A DNA stretch of 45,756 nucleotides from Octopus sinensis (GCF_006345805.1 NW_021834826.1:1-45756), one strand, 5' to 3'; shown: positions 33,471 through 45,464, counted from the first letter of the stretch. The notes: generated from the sequence alone by a model not told the origin. Numbers and translations are program-made.

Positions 33471-33544
33471 TTTCATGATTACAGTTAAATAGCGAAAATA
33501 AGGTGTATGTGGGTGTGTGCATACGTCATTATGTGTATGCATAA

Positions 33545-33753
33545 CAGTCTATACATATATATGTATATGTGTGTCTGTGTGTGTGTGTGTGTATGCATTT
33601 GAGTGTGTAGGTGTAGATGCAAGCATATACGCATATATGTATCCCTATGTGTGTGTTATCTTGTATATACACACACACATATATATATAGTATATATAGA
33701 CAATATATATTGTTTTTATTATATATATATACATATAATATATACATATATAT

Positions 33754-33784
<31 letters not shown>

Positions 33785-33825
33785 ATTATATACATATATA
33801 TTATATATATACATATGTGTGTGTG

Positions 33826-33857
<32 letters not shown>

Positions 33858-33859
33858 AT

Positions 33860-33899
<40 letters not shown>

Positions 33900-33932
33900 C
33901 ATATGTGTGATATATATACATATATATAATAC

Positions 33933-34011
<79 letters not shown>

Positions 34012-34260
34012 TATATGTGTGTGAGTGCGTCTGTAGAAGTGTGTATATGTGTGCATAGGTGTGTCTGTCTGAAGATCTATACATGTGCATATATGTATAT
34101 GCATCTTACTCAGTCATTTATCTATACATGCTTCTGTGTGTGTGTGTGTGTTTGTGTGTGCCTATGTGTGTGTACGTGCGTGAGGTAATTGTTACATATG
34201 TGTGTGCATGCGTGAGAGTAAGCTGTTGTCTTGAGTGCAGGGCTGTGCATTTAAATGGAT
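33545..34260. repeat. (TA)n-rich tract with TG flanks
   Basis: Directly visible. Confidence 0.93.
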
Positions 34261-34284
34261 GCACAAACGCGATACATACACACA

Positions 34285-34498
34285 CATCATCATCATCATC
34301 ATCATCATCACCTTCATTATCATCATTGAACGTCCGTTTTCCATGCTGGTATGGGTTCGACAGTTTGCTCAGAGCTGGCAAACCGCAGAGCTGCACCAGG
34401 CTCCAATTTTCCTTCCTCTGCCATGCTTTTTATGGCTGAATACTCTTTCTGATGCCAACCATTTCAGAGAGTGTACTAGATGCTTTATACATGGCACC
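34285..34498 (-). mobile_element. Family D 3' part, continuing after the CR1 insertion as 26 bp repeats at 35062-35181
   Basis: CATCATC...GAACGTCCGTTTTCCATGCTGG...; TACATGGCACC occurs on both sides of the CR1. Confidence 0.7.
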
Positions 34499-34504
34499 AC
34501 CGTT

Positions 34505-35010
34505 TAAGTTAAGTTAAAGTTAAGTTAAGTTAATTTTGGGGCTCAAAAAGCAAAAAGCAAGGCCATGTAGGAGGACATGGAGTTATGTACAGGGAGGATA
34601 TTCATGCAAAGAGTTCAGGCCATTTCTGGTCAAGAGAGACTTTGAACCGAGTGGTCGTCGGCATCTTCACTATCTCGTCCGGCAGCTTATTCCACGGATC
34701 TGCAACCCGGACGGAGAAAGCCCCTCTCTTTCGATTGAGATGAAATCGTTGCAGATAGAGCTTTTTGGAGTGACCCCACAGCCGACGCTCTGGAGCAGGA
34801 GTGAAGAACAGCTCTTTCAAGAAGTTACACTTTCCACTTATGATGTTGTGAGCAACATCATAAGCATTTGGACCTGGAGATCTCCATTTCCAGCGACTTC
34901 AAGGGCCACCTCCCAGTGGTGTCAGGCGTCAATGAAGAGCCCTCGACTACAACAAGATGACCAAAGTTTTTTCCAAGGTCTGGAGTCTCTCGCTCCTAAG
35001 CCCTAGACCA
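34505..35010 (-). mobile_element. CR1-clade LINE 3' end with (TTAAC)n tail
   Basis: ELFFTPAPERRLWGHSKKLYLQRFHLNRKRGAFSVRVADPWNKLPDEIVKMPTTTRFKVSLDQKW matches the CR1 motif RGHxxKL...FSxRVVxxWNxLP...FKxxLD. Pentanucleotide tail at 34505-34532. Confidence 0.9.
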
Positions 35011-35061
35011 TCACCTAATCACCCTTACCCGCCTTGTTGCTTAACAACAACAACAACTACT

Positions 35062-35181
35062 ACATGGCACCAGCACCAGTGTTTTACACATGGTCCCATC
35101 ACCAGTGCATTATACATGGCACCGGCACCAGGGCTTCATATGTGGCACCAGCACTGATGCCTTTTATGTGGCACCAACACC
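35062..35181. repeat. 26 bp minisatellite, about 4.6 copies
   Basis: Unit A(C/T)(A/G)TGGCACCAGCACCAGTG... starts at 35062, 35088, 35114, 35140 and 35166. Confidence 0.85.
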
Positions 35182-35350
35182 GCTTGACAATCGATGCTGG
35201 TTCCCGTAACTTAGCAGTTCGGCAAAAGAGACCAATAGAATAAGTACTAGTCTTACAAAGAATAAGTCTTGGTGTCGATTTGCTCGACTAAAGGTGGTGC
35301 TCCAGCATGGCCGCAGTCAAATGACTGAAACAAGTAAAAGAGTAAAAGAG
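35182..35350 (+). mobile_element. SINE family B 3' half
   Basis: GCTTGACAATCGATGCTGG...GAAACAAGTAAAAGAGTAAAAGAG. Confidence 0.88.
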
Positions 35351-35555
35351 TAACATGCTCCTACACAGTTTTTTTCTAACTTCACTCACAAAGTATGGAT
35401 CAAATTCAAGCTCTCGTGAGTGCAAAGCAAACTTCCTGTCTATTTGGCTATACACACACACACACACACACATGAACACATGTTATGTATAAGAAACTAG
35501 ACACAAATATGAACAAGCAACAATTAATCCTCTCATCAGAATATATATATATATA

Positions 35556-35790
35556 TATTTCTTTACTACCCACAAGGGGCTAAACATAGAGGGGACAAAC
35601 AAGGACAGACAAAGGGATTAAGTCGATTACATCGACCCAGTGCGAAACTGGTACTTTATTTATCGACCCCGAGAGGATGAAAGGCAAAGTCGACCTCGGC
35701 GGAATTTGAACTCAGAACGTAACGACAGACGAAATACCGCTAAGCATTTCGCCCGGCGCGCTAACGTTTCTGCCAGCTCGCCGCCTCTAA

Positions 35791-35821
<31 letters not shown>

Positions 35822-36062
35822 CCTATTTCTATTTCTTTACTACCCACAAGGGGCTAAACACAGAGAGGACAAACAAGGACAGACAAACGGATTAAGTCGA
35901 ATATATCAACCCCAGTGCTTAACTGGTACTTATTTAATCGACCCCGAAAGGATGAAAGGCAAAGTTGACCTCGGCGGAATTTGAACTCAGAACGTAACGG
36001 CCGACGAAATACCGCTAAGCATTTCGCCCGGCGTGCTAACGACTCTGCCAGCTCGCCGCCCT
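35556..36062 (-). mobile_element. Two adjacent full SINE family A copies (35556-35787, 35818-36062)
   Basis: Each has its own head and tail; they are separated by a poly-T run. Confidence 0.92.
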
Positions 36063-36124
36063 TTATATATATATATGTGTGTGTGTGTATATATATATGT
36101 ATTTAAGGATGTAAGGTCCTTGCC

Positions 36125-37342
36125 ATGCCTTTGGCGCACAAGACCATTTTCCCAGATTTTGTAGTGTATATCTATCTTCCACATCTTCAAAACAGGTCCC
36201 CTTAATGATCCCCTAGAGCTTGGAGAGAAGGAAAATGTCACATGGAGCAAGATCAGGTAAATAGAGAGGTTGCTCCAGTACAGCAATGTTCTTCTCAGCC
36301 AGGAACTGCTGGACGCTCAGGGCATTGTAATCAGGGGCATCGTTTCTCTTCTCACGCAATGACCAAAGCAAAAGCTGCAGGATCTCTTTGTAGATTTGCT
36401 GACTGATCGCTTGATGTTGACCTCAGTCCTGCTTATTGAACGCCTCCCACTCCTGGGTGGGGGTCATCTTCCATGCCCTCGTGCCCCTCTTTCAACTTCT
36501 TGTGCCACTCAAAAAAAAAAACACATGTTCATGACATGGTGTTATCTCCATCATCATGATGATCATCATCATCGTTTAACGTCCGCTTTCCATGCTAGCA
36601 TGGGTTGGACGATTTTGACTGAGGACTGGCGAACCAGATGGCTGCACCAGGCTCCAATCTTGATCTGGCAAAGTTTCTACAGCTGGATGCCCTTCCTAAT
36701 GCCAACCACTCCGAGAGTGTAGTGGGTGCTTTTTATGTGCTACCGGCACAGGGGCCAGTCAGGTGGTACTGGCAATGACCTCACTTGGATCTTTTTACAC
36801 ATGCCACTGGCATAGGTGCCAGTAAGGCGATGCTGGTAACGATCACGCTTGAATAGTGCCCTTTTATGTGCCACTGGCACGGAAGCCAGTTGGCTGCTCT
36901 GGCAACGATCACGCTCAGATGGTGCTCTTGGCACCCTACTAGCACAGGCACAAGTGTCAGTAAGGCGACACTGGTAACAATCACACTCGAACGGTGCGTT
37001 TTATGTGCACAGAAGCCGGATTAGCCGCTCTGTCAACGATCACGCCATATACTTGTTAAAGTTTTTCAAGCGCTTACGACAGAGTTTTCCTTAACTGGAC
37101 CAAAAATTTCAGATTTATTTCTTGGTCGGTGTTCATCATTCGTTCCTCAGTGCTCAGAGCTGAATGACCTGAAAAAGAGGAGGTTTAAACAAAAGCATCT
37201 GGAAAAATATGCAATGTTTGCCGAAAGCTAAGATTACAGTTATGTATTCACAAGTTATCATGTCAGATGATAACACAATCTGTTGATCCCTTTTTTTGCC
37301 CAGAGCTTACCAAGTCCCATCACTTTTCAGACAGACCTCATG
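36125..37342 (-). mobile_element. Mariner (DD34D-type) remnant, internally deleted and split by a family D insertion
   Basis: 5' TIR-like GAGGTCTGTCTGAAAAGT at 37322-37340. MNTDQEINLKFLVQLRKTLS*ALEKL*QVY | GDNTMS*TCVF..EWHKKLKEGHEGMEDDPHPG, then QQIYKEILQ...NALSVQQFLAEKNIAVLEQPLYLPDLAPCDIFL (YSPDLAPxD motif). Confidence 0.88.
36553..37047 (-). mobile_element. Family D element with internal 59-72 bp tandem array
   Basis: Tail CATCATCGTTTAACGTCCGCTTTCCATGCTAGC; units start at 36769, 36833, 36899, 36971 and 37030. Confidence 0.82.
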
Positions 37343-37371
37343 TATGTATGTATGTATATATATATATATAT

Positions 37372-37745
37372 ATTCTTTTATTTGTTTCAGTCATTTGACT
37401 ATGGCCATGCTGGAGCACCACCTTTAGTCAAACAAATCGACCCCTGGACTTGTTCTTTGTAAGCCTACTACTTACTCTATTGGTCTCGTTTGCCAAATCG
37501 CTAAGTTACGGGGACTTAAAAACACCAGCATCAGTTGTCAAGTGATTTGGGGGAGGGGGCACAGACACACACACACACAAACACATATGCGACAGGTTTC
37601 TTTCAGTTTCCATCTACCAAATCCACTCACAAGGCTTTGGTCGGCCCAAGGCTATAGTAGAAGACACTTGCCCAAGGTGCCAAGTAGCGGGACTGAACCT
37701 GGAACCATGTAGTTGGTAAGCAAGCTACTTACCACACAGCCACTT
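37372..37745 (-). mobile_element. SINE family B full copy
   Basis: Reverse complement of the family B consensus from tail to ACCACACAGCCAC. Confidence 0.9.
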
Positions 37746-37754
37746 CTAATGTAT

Positions 37755-37910
37755 TATGTCGATTATATCCACCCCAGTGCATAACTGGTACTTATTTAAT
37801 TGACCCCGAAAGGATGAAAGGCAAATTCGACCTTGGTGGAATTTGAACTCAGAGTGTAACTGCAGACAAAATACCGCCAACGTTTTTGCTAACGTTTCTG
37901 CCAGCTCCCC
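37755..37910 (-). mobile_element. SINE family A 5' part
   Basis: GCATAACTGGTACTTATTTAATTGACCCCGAAAGG...CTAACGTTTCTGCCAGCTC. Confidence 0.8.
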
Positions 37911-38129
37911 CATTCACCTTGCCAACCCACTTTCACTCAGCCTGTGCCCTGTGGGGCCACCTGGACTCCTCATTGCCATTATCTCCCTCTTACAACTCCT
38001 ACTGATCATTTTCTCTTTCTCTTTCTCCCTGACCCTTTTTTCCTAGCAATGCAGATCCCTCTCCAGGCACATGCTCTGCCACCCCACCTATCACAATGAT
38101 GCCCTCATCCCCTAACATGAATCTGTATG

Positions 38130-38410
38130 CACCCCCACCTACTTACCATTAGGGCTCATGGTCCTGTAGATTACATGGCAACCTCAGTAGTGTGGGTGCC
38201 ATGCTTAAAGCACCCAGTGAACTCTGTAAAGCGATTGGTGCTAGGAAGGGCAGCCAACCCTAAAAACCGTGCCAAAACTGACGTCGGAGATCAATGAAGT
38301 CCTTGGAAATATCGGATTCTATTGAACTATGCAACCCATGCCAGGATGGAAGATGGATGTTAAATAAGGATGATGATGATGATGAGGAGGAGGAGGAGGA
38401 GGAGGATGAC
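38130..38410 (+). mobile_element. Diverged family D-related element with (GAT/GAG)n tail
   Basis: TGGTGCTAGGAAGGGCAGCCAACC...CAACCCATGCCAGGATGGAAGATGGATGTTAAAT-GATGAT mirrors 36553-36720. Confidence 0.6.
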
Positions 38411-38419
38411 GATAATGAA

Positions 38420-38423
38420 GATA

Positions 38424-38456
<33 letters not shown>

Positions 38457-38954
38457 ATATATATATAAACAGAGACGTATATGTATGCATGTGTATGTAT
38501 ATATATATATATATGTGTGTGTGTGGTGTGTGTGTGTGTGTGTGTGTGTGTTATGTGTGTGAGTGCGTGTATATATATATAAACAGAGACATATATGTAT
38601 GCATGTGTATATATATATATATATATGTATTATGTGTGTGAGTGTATGCATGTGTGTATGTGTGAGTGTGTGTATGGGTGTGTGTGTGTGTGTGTGCGTG
38701 CGTGTGTGTACGTGTGTTTGTGTGTATACATGCACGAAGACTGTTTGATTTACTCCCATTGCATCAAAGTCAAATTTGTTTTCCATTGGAAAGAACACAA
38801 AAACTTGGCAAGACGATTCTCTCCCTTACAATGATAAGACAACAGCCAATGAGAAAAAAAAACAGTGTGTGTGTGGGTGTGTGTGTGTGCATTCATACTT
38901 ACATAAGTAGATAGATGAATGTAGAAGTATATACATACATACATGCATACATAC

Positions 38955-39005
<51 letters not shown>

Positions 39006-39389
39006 CATGTTTACACACACATAAATACACATATGTATGTATATATACATCTTTTATAAATGTGTATGTATGTATGTATGTATGTATATATGGATAGATA
39101 GATAGATATACTTTTATGCAGTATACATATTTTTTATGCTTTTATATATATAATATCTATATATATATTATATATATATATATATAATATATATATATAA
39201 TATATATATATATACATATATGTATGTATAAATATATATATATAAATATATGTATATATATTTATACATATACATACACCACATGTATATATGTATATAT
39301 ATATTTATACATATATGCTTATATACGTATACATACATATATACTACATACAATACACACACACACACAATACATATATATATGCATGT

Positions 39390-39433
<44 letters not shown>

Positions 39434-39462
39434 CTATGTATGTATATATATATGTATGTTTT

Positions 39463-39506
<44 letters not shown>

Positions 39507-39568
39507 GTGTGTGTATGTATATGTATAAATTATATATACATATATTTATATATATATATTTATACATA

Positions 39569-39621
<53 letters not shown>

Positions 39622-39635
39622 TATATATATATCTA
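38420..39635. repeat. TG/TA/TACA compound tracts
   Basis: Directly visible. Confidence 0.9.
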
Positions 39636-39733
39636 TGTTGGTGCAGTACTGTGAAGAATGTGACACTGCAGTGTCAGTGCAGTTCCTGTATGGGAGAGTT
39701 GCCAGAATTTGTGAACCTCAGTTTGGCTGGTTG

Positions 39734-40525
39734 ACCACCACCACAACCACCACCACCACCACCACCACCACAACCACCACCACCACCACAACCACCACCA
39801 CAACCACCACCACCACAACCACCACCACCACCACCACCACCACCACCATTACTACCACCATCACCACCACAACCACCACCACTACTACCAATAACAACAA
39901 CTACAACAGTATCATTACTACTACTACCACCACTACCACTACAACTGCTGCCACCAGCTTAATCTTCACAGCCACCACTACCACCCTCACCACCACCACC
40001 ACCACCACCACCACCGACACCCCCAACCCCTTTAAGGTGTGGAGATGTGAGATTAGGTGTGGGGTGGGGACCTGTGGTGATTGACTGCATTGTTGTATCT
40101 GTGTGAATTGCTGAAATATTTTACTACCACCACCACCACCACCACCACAACTACTACAACTGTTACTAGTTTTACTACACCACCAACACCATCACAACCA
40201 CTGCTACTACTACTACCACCAGCACCACCACCAATACTACTACTACTACTAAGACTACCACCACCACCACCATTACTACTTCTACTGCTACCACCACCCA
40301 CACAACCACCACTACCACCACCCACACAACTACCACTACTACTGCTACAACTATTACTAGTTTTGCTACACCACCACCATCACCACCACCACAACCACCA
40401 TCACCACCATTACTACTACTATTACTACTACTACTACCACCACCACCACCTCACCACTACTACTACAGCTATTACTAATTTCATTACACCATCACGACAA
40501 CCACCACCACCACCACCACTACTAC
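39734..40525. repeat. (ACC)n/(ACT)n low-complexity region
   Basis: Directly visible. Confidence 0.93.
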
Positions 40526-41094
40526 TATTTGGACAAATTTACTGTTGTTGGGAGACAATGAAATAATTTTAATGTGGTCTCTGAATATGCTAGAAATAGA
40601 AGCAGATTTTCTCTCATTTCACACAGGACCATTTTAATGAAAGGAAGAAATCATTAGATGGTATACTCCTAGATACACTATGCCTGGAAAAAAAATTTCG
40701 AAAAAGTCCTTTTTCAGTTCAGAATCCCTTTGGTCATTGGTTGCCTTGGTCAGGGCTGACCAAGGGTTAAAGAAGAATAACAACAACAACAATAACCAAT
40801 CAAGTCAACAAGAGAAACATACCATGAACCACTGAGGAAGCTTTTACTCTGTTGATTGACATGCTAAAAATAGCAGTTAAATTCTCTGAAATGCAAGAAT
40901 TTTGCAAATTGGAATAAACAACTTTACTGACCCCCTCATGGGAACCCCCACCAACTGCTTTCATGAAAGTGTGCCTAGATTGGAAGAATTTAGTACCTGG
41001 AATTAAAAGGAACACAAGAGGACCATGTCTGGAAAAGCTTTGGTCATAGCTCCAAGGCTGACCCGAAGCTAAACATTCTATATGTGTGTGTGTT

Positions 41095-41128
<34 letters not shown>

Positions 41129-41293
41129 ATATTTTATCTAGTTTCAGCTCACGAGCTGTGGCCATGCTGGGGCACCGCCATTTAAAAAATAGGTTGCCCT
41201 GAAGTAGAGAGCAATGCCCATATGTGTTAGAAAGATCGATTGATCTCTTCCGTCCTTGTCAAGGGGAGTGCTAACCGTCTCTCCTTTTTTGCA

Positions 41294-41329
<36 letters not shown>

Positions 41330-41331
41330 TA

Positions 41332-41700
41332 GACGCAGGAGTGGCTGTGTGGTCAGGAGCTTGCTTCACAACCATATGGTTCCAGGTTCAGTCTCAATGC
41401 ATGGCACCTTGAGCAAGTGTCTTCTGCTGGAGCTTCCGGCTGAGCAATGCCTTGTGAGTAGATTTGGTAGATGGAAACTGAAAGAAGCCTGTCGTATGTG
41501 TGTATGTGTGTGTGTGTTTGTCTCTGTGTTTGTCTCCCCCACCACCATCACTTGACAACCAATGCTGGTGTTTATATCCCAGTAACTTAACAGTTCAGCT
41601 TACAAAGAATAAGTCCTTGGCTCGATTTGTTTGACTAAAAGCAGTGCTCCAGCATGGCCACAGTCAACTGACTGAAACTGGTAAAAGAGTGAAAGAACAA
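41332..41700 (+). mobile_element. SINE family B (diverged, internal deletion)
   Basis: GACGCAGGAGTGGCTGTGTGG...GCTCCAGCATGGCCACAGTC...GTAAAAGAG. Confidence 0.88.
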
Positions 41701-41708
41701 AATAATAT

Positions 41709-41737
<29 letters not shown>

Positions 41738-41739
<2 letters not shown>

Positions 41740-41951
41740 ATTGTCACTAAATGTGACTAGGGTGTTAAAAACACCTAGATTGCTAGAAATAAGAGCTAAA
41801 ATGCTCAAATATATTAACACACATGAATGACAACATTTACACTTACAGGGACCTTCATTGATGTGCGTTAACTACAGCATTAGAGGATTTTAGCTCTTAT
41901 TTCTAGCAATGTAGGTGTTTCTAACACCCTAGTCACATTTAGTGACAATCA
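41738..41951. mobile_element. Foldback MITE with 63 bp TIRs
   Basis: 41740-41802 and 41887-41949 are reverse complements with 2 mismatches and an 84 bp spacer; TA flanks are plausible. Confidence 0.88.
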
Positions 41952-42022
41952 TAATTCTCCTTTTTGGTGAAGCATTACAACCTGCTCTTTACATTATATA
42001 TATATATATATATATATATATA

Positions 42023-42428
42023 GGCGCAGGAGTGGCTGTGTGGTAAGTAGCTTGCTTACCAACCACATGGTTCCGGGTTCAGTCCCACTGCGTGGCATCT
42101 TGGGCAAGTGTCTTCTGCTATAGCCCTGGGCCGACCAATGCCTTGTGAGTGGATTTGGTAGACGGAAACTGAAAGAAGCCTGTCGTATATATGTATGTAT
42201 ATATATATATATGTGTGTGTGTGTCTGTGTTTGTCCCCCTAGCATTGCTTGACAACCGATGCTGGTGTGTTTATGTCCCCGTCACTTAGCGGTTTGGCAA
42301 AAGAGACCGATAGAATAAGTACTGGGCTTACAAAGAATAAGTCCCGGGGTCGATTTGCTCGACTAAAGGCGGTGCTCCAGCATGGCCGGAGTCAAATGAC
42401 TGAAACAAGTAAATGAGTAAATGAGTAA
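42023..42428 (+). mobile_element. SINE family B full copy
   Basis: Complete head, body and tail. Confidence 0.93.
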
Positions 42429-42499
42429 ATATAAATTTTTTCCATAATAAGATAAAAAAACCAAGGCTGTGTAGATTTTAGAACATTTATAAATAGAAG

Positions 42500-42551
42500 G
42501 TCTTACAGCTGTTTCCAGGATATTTATTTACTATATCCCTTCATCAGAGAC
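42500..42551 (-). ncRNA. Minimal type-I hammerhead ribozyme motif (Penelope/retrozyme-like)
   Basis: Minus strand GTCT-CTGATGA-A-GGGATA-(11 nt loop)-TATCCT-G-GAAAC-AGCT-GTA-AGAC: stem I 4 bp, intact core, stem II 6 bp, palindromic stem III ACAGCTGT, GUA cleavage triplet. Confidence 0.75.
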
Positions 42552-42754
42552 GGTGTGAGAGAATGGTTAAATAATGGTTAATTTAGATAAGATACAAAAT
42601 AGAGAGTGAGGTGGAGGAATGAAAATAGATGTGAGATATGCTGGGATATTGTATTCGTAGATCCATTATCTAGGCAGAATGGTATACATATAAGATTCCA
42701 ATGCCTTATGAGTAAAAAACAACACCTGCTACTCAGTAGACTAGCATTGTCACT

Positions 42755-43061
42755 GGACTATCATCCTTTTGGCCCCCATGAAAGAGGGTTTGAGAGGCAA
42801 ACATTATTCCAGTGACGAGGAAGTGAAAACTGTAGTGAAGAAGTGGCTCAAAGAACAGTCAACAGAATTTTACGGGGCAGTGATACATGCTCTCTCATTC
42901 GAAGGTGGAACATTGCTTCTGAGAGAAACGGTGACTATGTTGAGAAGTAGAGATGTGATCCACAGAGGACCAGCTTCATTTTGATGTATGATACATGTTC
43001 CTGTGTTGGTAATTATACCTGTCCTAAACAAAATGGCATTACTTTTTGACTCACCCTCGTG
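42755..43061 (+). mobile_element. Mariner 3' end with TIR
   Basis: DYHPFGPMKEGLRGKHYSSDEEVKTVVKKWLKEQSTEFY...(frameshift) RRWNIASERNGDYVEK*, then TTACTTTTTGACTCACCCTCGT. Confidence 0.9.
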
Positions 43062-43629
43062 TATAAGTAACTATTTGGACTTTGGGTCTATGTCTATTAG
43101 TATGCTGATCAAAGCCCATTCACTGTTTTCGGCTACCTGATGTTATCCACAGTAACGAATATAATTTTTTACTGGATCTCTGTCAGGAATTCTACAGTGG
43201 TCATTTGCTTTATGATTGACAAGGGAAACGGAAAATATATTTGGTACAAATCATTATTCAACACAATGATTGTCTCAACTCATCCTGTCCCTTAGGAGTA
43301 GGATATTGTGCATCTAGTTGCATTGCATCAATCAAAGCAGTCTGTGTCTTGTCAGGTGTTTGGTAACCAGACCCACCTGCAGGTTATAACCCCAGAATTA
43401 TTCTTCTTCCCATCAGTGTACGCAAGTACTAAGAGGGAGTGCAACATGCCTGGAAGAAATAAGTATAAAAAAAGCAGGATGTCTTTTATAGGAAACACCT
43501 GAGGAGACACACACTGCACTGAATGATTGAGACGCAGCAAGATGCACGATGTCCGATGCGTAAGGGAGAGCTGCAGGATGGGGCGACACGATCGTCGTGC
43601 TCAATGAAGACTTCTACCAAATCCATTTT

Positions 43630-44100
43630 CCATTTCCTTCATCAATTATGTCTGTGTGTGTGCATGTGTGTGTGTGTGCATGTATGTGTGTGTATGTGTG
43701 TGTGTGAGTGTGTGTGTGCATGTGTATCTGTGTGTGTGAGTGTGTGTGTGTATGGTGTATCTGTGCATGTGTGTATGTGTGTGTGAGTGTGCATGTGTGT
43801 ATGTGTGCATTAGTGTCTGTGTGCGCGTGTGTGTGTGTGTGTGAGTGTGTGTGTGTGGTGTATCTGTGCATGTGTGTATGTGTGTGTGAATGTGCATGTG
43901 TATCTGTATGTGTGTATCTGTGTTTGTGTGTGAGTGTGCATGTGTATCTGTGTATGAGTGTGTGTATGTGTATGTGTGTATCTGTGTGTGTGTGTATGTG
44001 AGTGAGCATGTGCATCTTTGTGTGTGTGAGTGTTGTGTGTGTGTGGTGTATCTGTGTGTGGTGTATCTGTGTGTGTGTGTGTGTGTGTGGTGTGTGTGTG
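43630..44100. repeat. TG-based compound minisatellite (recurrent GTGTATCTGTG)
   Basis: Directly visible. Confidence 0.92.
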
Positions 44101-44295
44101 TGTTTGTTCCCCACCACCACTTGACAATCAGTTATTGTTTTTATTTACATCCCTGTAACTTAGTGGTTTAGCAAAAGAGACTGATAGAATAATTACCAAG
44201 CTTTGAAAATAAAAAGGTCGATTCATTCCTCTAAAAATTCTTCAAGTTGGTGCTCCAGCATGGCTGCAGTCTAATAACTGAAACAAATAAAAAGC
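44100..44295 (+). mobile_element. SINE family B 3' half (diverged)
   Basis: TTTGTTCCCCACCACCACTTGACAATC...GGTGCTCCAGCATGGCTGCAGTC...GAAACAAAT. Confidence 0.8.
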
Positions 44296-44489
44296 AGAAA
44301 AGATCATTCATGATACAGACAGAAGATAGGGTCTGTTTTGTTTTTGTTCTCAAGCCCTGGGACGGACAAGGCCTGTTACCCCATGCCCATGGTGTATATT
44401 AATGATCAGGATCATAATAATGCCACTGAAGAGGATGCTGGACCATTGCAGGATTGAAGAGCAGAAACTTGGAGGGGAGGGGGACAAGC

Positions 44490-44598
44490 TGATTATATTG
44501 ATCCCAGCGCTTGACTGGTACTTTATTTTATCGACCACCCTACATCCCAATGCAGGCAGGAAAAGCAAAGTTGACCTCGGCAGGATTTGAACTCAGTG
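44490..44598 (-). mobile_element. SINE family A core fragment
   Basis: GACTGGTACTTTATTTTATCGAC...GAAAAGCAAAGTTGACCTCGGCAGGATTTGAACTCAG. Confidence 0.7.
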
Positions 44599-44599
44599 T

Positions 44600-45105
44600 G
44601 TTCACCACCATCAACACACACCACCCCTACCATCACCACCACCAACAACAACAACAACAACACCCCCACCTCCAACACCAACCACCATCACCCCCACCCA
44701 CCCCCAACACCACCAACACCACCACCAACACCACCACCAACACCACCACCACCACACTGAACAGAACACCTTTGAAGAGAGATCTGTTGGGTCAGGATAG
44801 ATCTGGAGCTATACAACAACAGTAGTAAACCTAAGTGATATATCCATCAACAGCAGCGCCTACCCCCATTCCACCCCACCCCCCCACCACACCCCTCCTG
44901 GCCGCCGTTAATCCCACCACCACCACCAACACTACCAATTCCATCACAATACCTGGAAGACTTTTGGTCATCTGTTTGCTGGATCAGGACGGATCTGGAA
45001 CTATGCAACAACAAGCATTAGTAAACATGAGCAACAATCATCATCTCCACCTACCACTCCCACTCCCACCACTACCACCACCACCACCACAACCACAGCA
45101 AGAAC
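44600..45105. repeat. (ACC)/(AAC) low-complexity region with an embedded ~85 bp diverged duplication
   Basis: ATCTGTT..GGTCAGGATAGATCTGGAGCTATACAACAACA..TAGTAAAC at about 44782-44830 is repeated at about 44970-45027. Confidence 0.75.
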
Positions 45106-45410
45106 CCCTTCAAACATACGTCAGCTGACCCACAGTTGACATGAACAAATGGAAGCACACACTTCTCAACGTGTCTTGGATTACCCATCAAAAGAATTAG
45201 TTGAAATTTGCTGCATTTATTAGGAGACATTTTTTGTTATACATTTCACCTTATTGAACATCTGTTATCTATAATATTGTTAGTTAATTGATAATTTAAT
45301 TACATTGGTACTGCTATGCAAATCAGGTTAAGTACATTAATGAGGTCGTCATATATTACAACTATAAATAACTGTAAATTATTTCTCTCCCTATCATCAG
45401 ATTGAGAGGA

Positions 45411-45464
45411 AGATTGCTCTCTGATGAATACCCCAATTAGATTAGAAACCAGTCAGAGCAATCT
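45411..45464 (+). ncRNA. Type-I hammerhead ribozyme motif with degraded stem II
   Basis: AGATTGCTCT-CTGATGA-(17 nt, poor pairing)-GAAAC-CA-GTC-AGAGCAATCT: perfect 10 bp stem I, intact core, GUC triplet. Stem III ACCAGT looks like CpG-decayed palindromic ACCGGT. Confidence 0.7.

Noticed and set aside
31520-33542. Overlapping long poly-Gly/Val/Thr/Pro/His ORFs
   Set aside because: (GGT)n lacks stop codons in most frames. There is no consistent frame or splice context, so no CDS is called.
43416-43560. Candidate exon (ttcttcttcccatcag acceptor, GTAAGG donor)
   Set aside because: All three frames contain stops and nothing is recognisable; would need transcript evidence.
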